From NCBI RefSeq assembly GCF_006345805.1, contig NW_021835750.1:1-38484 (forward strand): a stretch of DNA of 38,484 bases. The letters are read 5' to 3'. The position numbers were made by a program, and so were the translations under genes. The notes below the pieces were generated by a model that worked only from the letters and a program-made list of their open reading frames with translations, did not search any database and was not told the DNA's origin. Of the stretch, positions 32,325 to 38,484 are shown in pieces; within the stretch, counting starts at the first letter, position 1, and every line of letters begins with the position of its first letter. The DNA comes from Octopus sinensis. Its lineage: Eukaryota.

Positions 32325-34042
32325 AGTTACTTTTTCTAATAATGATATAAAGCTCCAAAGTTGGAATGTAGATAATGAAAACAATGTCTTATCTTAAAAC
32401 GAATGAAAGTTTTGCATATTTTTACTGTTCCGCTTACAGAGTGTATTTGTAATAGGCGTGTTAGTTGGTTGATTTCTTTTCACTGGAAACCCAATAGCTA
32501 TAACCGTACAAGTAAAATTCCACCTGTTGTAAGATGACTTTTGTGATCCATCCTAAATAACGTTACGTTGGTAAATAAAAGGTGTTTCTTTTATTTGGTA
32601 ACAGAAGAAAAAAACTGTTACTGATTTGAACTGGAGGAATTGGCATAACTGTAAAAGAAATGTTCAAAAAAGTATTTTAAACGATTCTTTACACCTGCTC
32701 ATTTGATGTTAACTATACTATCCATGTAAGCTTGTCATTATTCAGTTTTATTTCAAGATTTCTTGCCAATAGAGAAAGAGCCGGTTTCTTACCTAGATCC
32801 AAGGCTCCTTCATTGTAATTTAAACATCAACAACAAGATAGATTTGCATGTATGAATGCAGATTTGTATGTTTTGTTTTATGTATGTATGTCTTCTCATG
32901 TATATACTTGCATAGCTTGACATGCTCATATATACTTAAATGATAAACTTTTGGTAAGTTTTACAGATTTTTACGGTTCCAGTGATGGATTGGATCTGTA
33001 TGCATGTATGTATGTATGTATGTATGTATGTATGTATGCATGCATGTATGTATGTATTATGTGTGTATATGTGTTTGTGTGCATATTCATACTTGTGCGT
33101 TTGTGCACCTTATTGTATAGTCATACATTTGCAAGGTATTGCATATTCTGACAAACAGAAAACTAAGCGCCGATATGAGGGGATCACTCAAGGCTAATCA
33201 CGAACTTTTCAGTATTCTAACAAGACAGCCACGCTAAGTTGGAGATAATCAGAATTAATGCCAAAAGGTACCAATGTTGTTTCCGTTGCTAATAATTAAT
33301 TTCTAATAAACCTGCTGCCCATCTGCGACATCACCATCCGCAAAGATGTTGATAATCTATACATCACAGCAGCGAGAATTGACTGGCATGCAGTGACCGG
33401 ACGCCTTCCACTGATGATGTCCAGTACACTGAAATCACATGATATGGGAGTCGCGGTGCCCATTACAGACGATTCTCGCCCGCTACGATCTATGCGCGTG
33501 CTTTTATGCACCATATACCAGCATGAGAGAATCTCTCAAGGCTAATAACGCAGTATTCGGTCTTCTAAAGAAGACATCCATGATAAATTGAATATAAATA
33601 AAACATTCCTAAGATTTTTTATCGTATTTTAATGTCTGTCTTTGTTACCTTTATGGCAGATACAGAACGAGTATGAGGTACGAGATATGGTTAGAATTCC
33701 ATGAATAAGAAGCCGTGGTTCTCATATTCCAATAATTGTTCGATATGGTCACCACCCCGCCCATCACCGAGGCGTTTCCTTTACATCACTATTATCGCTT
33801 CTGCTGATGTCTTCGTTGCTTAGCTTCAGATTAGCTCTGGTCGATCAGATCGACGATCCTATTCGTTCCTGTTCTGACTATCACATCTAAAATTTAGAAA
33901 AATCATATCTTGATCAATAATATTCAATGCATCCTTTATATGTATCCTTTGACTCCTAAAATCAGATACATCGACTCAAAATTTCGTTACACTTGACAAC
34001 AGAATGCAATTTTATATACCATTCTATCTTTTGTCGAAGAAT

Positions 34043-34342
34043 TGTTGTTTGTTCCTTCTCAAGCCACCTCATAGGACCGGTTTCCCGGTTTCCTTGGTGT
34101 ATAGGTTCCCCACCAGGACGGGACACCGGTCCGTCGCAGGTGAGCTGCAAGATGCAGGAGGAAAGAGTGAGAGAAAGTTGTGGCGAAAGAGTCAGCAGAA
34201 GTCCGCCATTACCTTCTGTCGGAGCCGTGTGGAGCTTAGGTATTTTCGTTCATAAACACACACATCGCCCGGTCTGAGATTCGAACCCGTGATCCCTCGA
34301 CTGCGAGTCTGCCGCTCTAACCACTAGGTCATGTGCCTCCAC
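34043..34342 (-). mobile_element. SINE with family C head and an alternative tail
   Basis: Minus strand gtggaggcacatgacctagtggttagagcggcagactcgc...gggttcgaatctc, C-type body, tail ggaccggtgtcccgtcctgg...gaaaccggtcctatg...aacaaacaaca. Confidence 0.85.
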
Positions 34343-35062
34343 TTTTGTTAAAGAATACTAAGTTTAAAATTATTTCCTGATATGTCACGCTTATGGAAGC
34401 AACATCACTTGCAAAAAATACCATTTTTTTGTTGTTGTTTTTTTTTTTTTTTTTTTTCTTTTGTCGATATCTTAACATCATTCCTAGTATAACCATGAAA
34501 CTTAATTTCGCAGTGCCAGAGTTAAAGACAGACGGATGTAATTTGGCTGCTATTTTTAGCACGCAGAGGTTTTAAGGTGGTTGATACTTTGAAATGACAA
34601 ATCAGCAGGAAAAAGCCATGAGGCAATTACTACCATGTGTCGTATCAGTTAAGGCACCAAATTCTTAAGGGAATCAGTAAAACCCAAACCGTTTTTTCCT
34701 CGAGCTAAACATGAAGAATTTTTGATAAATTCTAACAGGAAGTTCTTGAGACCCCTAGCTGTTCCTTTCCCCTTTTTTCTTTTCGCCGTTTTCTCGTCTT
34801 TTATCTCTTTTGATCTCTTACTTTTACCGGGATGACTTTATCGGTTTCAATTCTCAAGACAAGTTCAGAGGAATTAGTTACAACAAGGAACATGGTGTGA
34901 TTCTGTGGCTGTGATAGCGATTTAGTCAAGTGTTGAATGGAAGCAAAGTTGTTCTCTGTTCATACTACTAATGTACGTAGAGTTGGGCGCTGCCCTCTAT
35001 TGACACTTCTATATATGTAGTTGTCCCTTCTGTCTCCTGTTACCACACACACACACACACAA

Positions 35063-35091
<29 letters not shown>

Positions 35092-35094
<3 letters not shown>

Positions 35095-35243
35095 GGCGCA
35101 GGAGTGGCTGTGTGGCTGTGTGGTAAGTAGCTTGCTTACCAACCACATAGTTCCGGGTTCATTTCCACTGCGTGGCACCTTGGGCAAGTGTCTTCTACTA
35201 TTGCCTCGGGCTGACCACAGCCTTGTGAGTGGATTTGGAAACG
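35092..35243 (+). mobile_element. SINE family B, 5' half
   Basis: ataggcgcaggagtggctgtgtgg...gtggatttgg, then an abrupt junction to the transposon. Confidence 0.9.
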
Positions 35244-36262
35244 TATCACCAGTATCAAAGCATAAAAAAACATTCTAATGGCTCTGAAATCATCAGAACA
35301 CTTGAATTTATCCAGCAAGTTCAACAGACCATTGATTACAATCCCAGAAAGTCCATGAGGTCAATTGAAAAAGATCTCCATGTATCAGAAGGAACAGTCA
35401 GAAATGTTGTCCACGAAGGGGATCAGATATAAGGTTTATATGATGGGGAAAGGTCAATTTTTCAGAAAAAGCAAAAGAAAATCACTACCTCAGATCTAAA
35501 AGACTCTTAAACAAACTGAAAAATCCAGCAGAAGATTTGATTTGCTTTTTCTCAAACAAGAAAAACTCCGACCAAGATCAGAAAGTTAACAGAAGAAATG
35601 ACAGATGGTTATGTGCAGACCCTTCTGAAGTTCCAGGTGTTATGCATACAAAATTTCCTGAAACTGTCATGGTTTTAGGGGTTGTCAGCAATAAAGGACA
35701 TGTGATGCCTCCTTACTTCTTTTCACAAGGCCTTAGAGTTAACTCTGCCGGCTACATTGAGGTCCTGGAAATAATTGTTAAGCCCTGGATAGACAGTGTA
35801 TGCAATGGAAGGCGATATGTGTTTCAGTAAGACTCTGCACTATCACATATGGCTCTAGTAACATAGGAATGGTTGGCTGAAAATTTTCATGATCTCATAA
35901 CCCCAAACATTTGGCCTCCTAATTCCTCAGATCTTAATCCATTAGACTATTACATGTGGAGCATTGCTGAGAGAGAGAGGTCAATGAACACGCCCATAAC
36001 ACCAAAGATTCTATGAAAGCTGCCATAGTCAGAGAAATGTCGAAAAGGAAGCAGGGCCACTTGATTCGAGCATGTAGATGATTTAGATCTCGTAAAGAAA
36101 CACTTGCTGAAGCTGAAGGTGGCTTTATTGAAGAACATTTTAGAAAAGAAGGTTTATTTTAATCCTCAGAGCATTTTTTGATAAATAAAGTTATTATCTG
36201 TTATTATATACCTGTTTTTTTTTATAAACATAAATCTGTCCTCAAATATCTTACGCACCCTG
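35243..36262 (+). mobile_element. maT (DD37D) Tc1/mariner transposon, decayed, left end lost
   Basis: Frames give PRKSMRSIEKDLHVSEGTVRNVVHE...FFSNKKNSDQDQKVNRRNDRW...VMVLGVVSNKGHVMPP...YVFQ*DSALSH...WPPNSSDLNPLDYY. I count 37 residues between the second and third Asp. The right terminus ...tcttacgcaccctg is followed by tgta. Confidence 0.9.
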
Positions 36263-36264
36263 TG

Positions 36265-36284
36265 TATATATATGTATGTATGTG

Positions 36285-36335
<51 letters not shown>

Positions 36336-36487
36336 CATGTTTGTATATATACATGTAAACATATATATATGTATATATATAATATATCTATATATATATA
36401 TACATACATATATATATGTATATATATATTATATATATATACATATATATATCTTTATACATACATGTATGTATGTATATATAATAT

Positions 36488-36519
<32 letters not shown>

Positions 36520-36571
36520 GCAGGCAGACAGGCGGATGGACAGACAGACAGATAGATAGATAGATAGATAG

Positions 36572-36619
<48 letters not shown>

Positions 36620-36630
36620 TAAATATATAT
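36265..36630. repeat. (TA)/(TATG), (AG), (GACA), (GATA) compound microsatellite
   Basis: Directly visible. Confidence 0.95.
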
Positions 36631-36885
36631 TCGCTGAAAGGGATGAAAAATTTAGCTGACCTCAGTAGGTTTCCGGTGAACCAGAGCATGCAGTGCAAAG
36701 CATCTTGCTCAACACCCTATCAATTTCGCCATTCCATCAAGGACGGGCATTTTGTTATGTAAGACACTGGAAAGACGGAAGGTAAAGTCAACCTCCGTAA
36801 GATTTGGACTTAGTTCATAGCGAACTGGAATAAATGATGCAAGGCTTTTATGTCTGACTCACTAACGATTCTGCCAATTTGACAA
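36630..36885 (-). mobile_element. Two very degenerate SINE A remnants
   Basis: gaaagggatgaaa...gacctc and gaaggtaaagtcaacctc...ctaacgattctgcca resemble reverse-complemented SINE A. Confidence 0.5.
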
Positions 36886-37329
36886 CCCGGCCATTCTCCA
36901 CAGATTAAAGCAGTACAAAGCCCCTCCAATAGTTATCAAGTACATACAAATAAATGGGAAGGAAAGGTGTAGTGCCGTGTTGTCATGTCGTGTCACAAAA
37001 CTGATTCATATTCCTAGTAATTGTATACTTTGGTACTGTAGAAAGACACTAAACTATCATGTGTCCCTTATCACTACACACACAGACTGGCTAGTTTAGT
37101 CCGTGCCGGACATTTCCTTGGTCATTCAATAAGTTGATTAACAGCAAATGGTAAATATAAATTGCGTCGGCCAAATTTGAATGATTTCGACTTTTTGTCA
37201 ACAAACTGATGACAGCCACAACACAACAGAAACAGATTAATTATTACATTTTGACATTTAATAATGGTTGATAACAAATGGTGCTGATAATAATGGCGAC
37301 GAGCGTCGACGACAGAGAAGACGAGGGAA

Positions 37330-37430
37330 AACGAGACGGTGTTGACGATGACGGAAATTATGATGATGACGACGACGACGACGACGACGACGACGATGAT
37401 GATGATGATGATGATGATGACGACGACGAC

Positions 37431-37463
<33 letters not shown>

Positions 37464-37790
37464 GATGATGGCGGTGGTGTCGGAGGTGGTGAGGAGGAGA
37501 AGGAGGAGGATGGGAAGATGGCGACAACGATGATGATGATGATGGTCATAAGGACAACGATAACGATGACGACGACGACGACGATGATGATGATGTGGGG
37601 AGGAGGAGGAGGATGAAGAGGAGGACATTACCAGAGAACTCGCTTGACGCTAACCGCAATCATCTCCTCTCGTCCCTTCACCACATTCATCAGCACCACC
37701 GTACTACCACCACCATCACCACCATCACCATCACAACAACAATAACAACAACCTAATCAACCACCATCACCTCCACCTCGTACCCAGGCA
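37330..37790. repeat. (GAT)/(GAC)/(GGA) then (ACC)/(AAC) trinucleotide blocks
   Basis: Directly visible. Confidence 0.95.
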
Positions 37791-37919
37791 CTATACCAAT
37801 CATCCTTTTTTGCTATTGAACTTTCTCGACTTGATTATGTTAGCTTTCTATTTATTATGTCATGTTTGTTATGTATGCAAGGGAGCTATGTATGGAGAGA
37901 GTATGCATACATGTATGCT

Positions 37920-38003
37920 ATTATATATATATATATCTATATATATATAGATATATAGATAGATAGATAGATAGATACATAGATACATACATACATACAT
38001 ACA

Positions 38004-38036
<33 letters not shown>

Positions 38037-38050
38037 CTATGTATGAGAGA
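37920..38050. repeat. (TA)n(GATA)n(CATA)n
   Basis: Directly visible. Confidence 0.95.
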
Positions 38051-38416
38051 GAGTGCGTGTGTTTATATAGGGAGTGTTTGAGGGTAGTGCATGTGCGTAA
38101 GGAGCATGTGGGAGAGTAAGGTGTGCAGGAAGTTATGTGAAATATATAGGCGGGATAAGGGATGGGAGGGAATTTTATGGAGAGTGTGCGGAGGCGTGAG
38201 TAAGGAGTAATTAAGGGAATACGGGGGCGGGGAAGTGTGTGTGTGTGTGAATGGAAAGAGTTTGTGTATACGTTTCTGTATACATGTTGTCACTATTGAA
38301 AATTCCGTCCCTGCCTCGTCTCATCTCATATTTTTGGTAAATAACACATAATTCTTTGTAAATATACAGCTTATTCTTTACTTCTTGATCTTTTCGTTGT
38401 TCTTGTTCTTGTTAGT

Positions 38417-38451
<35 letters not shown>

Positions 38452-38484
38452 AGTATAGTATAGTATAGATATCAGAGTTGCTAT

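Noticed and set aside
33296-33546. Overlapping 70-80 codon open frames on both strands as an exon
   Set aside because: No splice signals or recognisable domain; lengths are within chance for this composition.
37205-37240. ctgatga...gaaac spacing
   Set aside because: No stem I, II or III pairing.

Overview
Eukaryotic, repeat-saturated non-coding DNA. The SINE families and microsatellite load look like an octopus (coleoid cephalopod) genome; this is inferred from sequence character, not from a search. I find no host protein-coding gene, rRNA, intact tRNA or CRISPR array. Almost all ORFs in the track are translations of microsatellites or SINEs. The window holds about 30 copies of four tRNA-derived SINE families (my labels A-D), three decayed Tc1/mariner transposons (one mariner, two maT/DD37D-like), a 208-bp pogo/Tc2-like MITE, RTE-clade LINE fragments, a 1.1-kb head-to-head foldback-like satellite and many di-, tri- and tetranucleotide blocks. 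Best lead: a ~620-bp element at 27855-28477. It starts with an HDV-like ribozyme fold, ends in the C-terminus and tail of an RTE-X LINE, lacks everything between, and sits directly behind a tRNA-SINE head, so it may be a ribozyme-headed short internally deleted RTE element. A Penelope-type minimal hammerhead ribozyme lies at 24141-24189.
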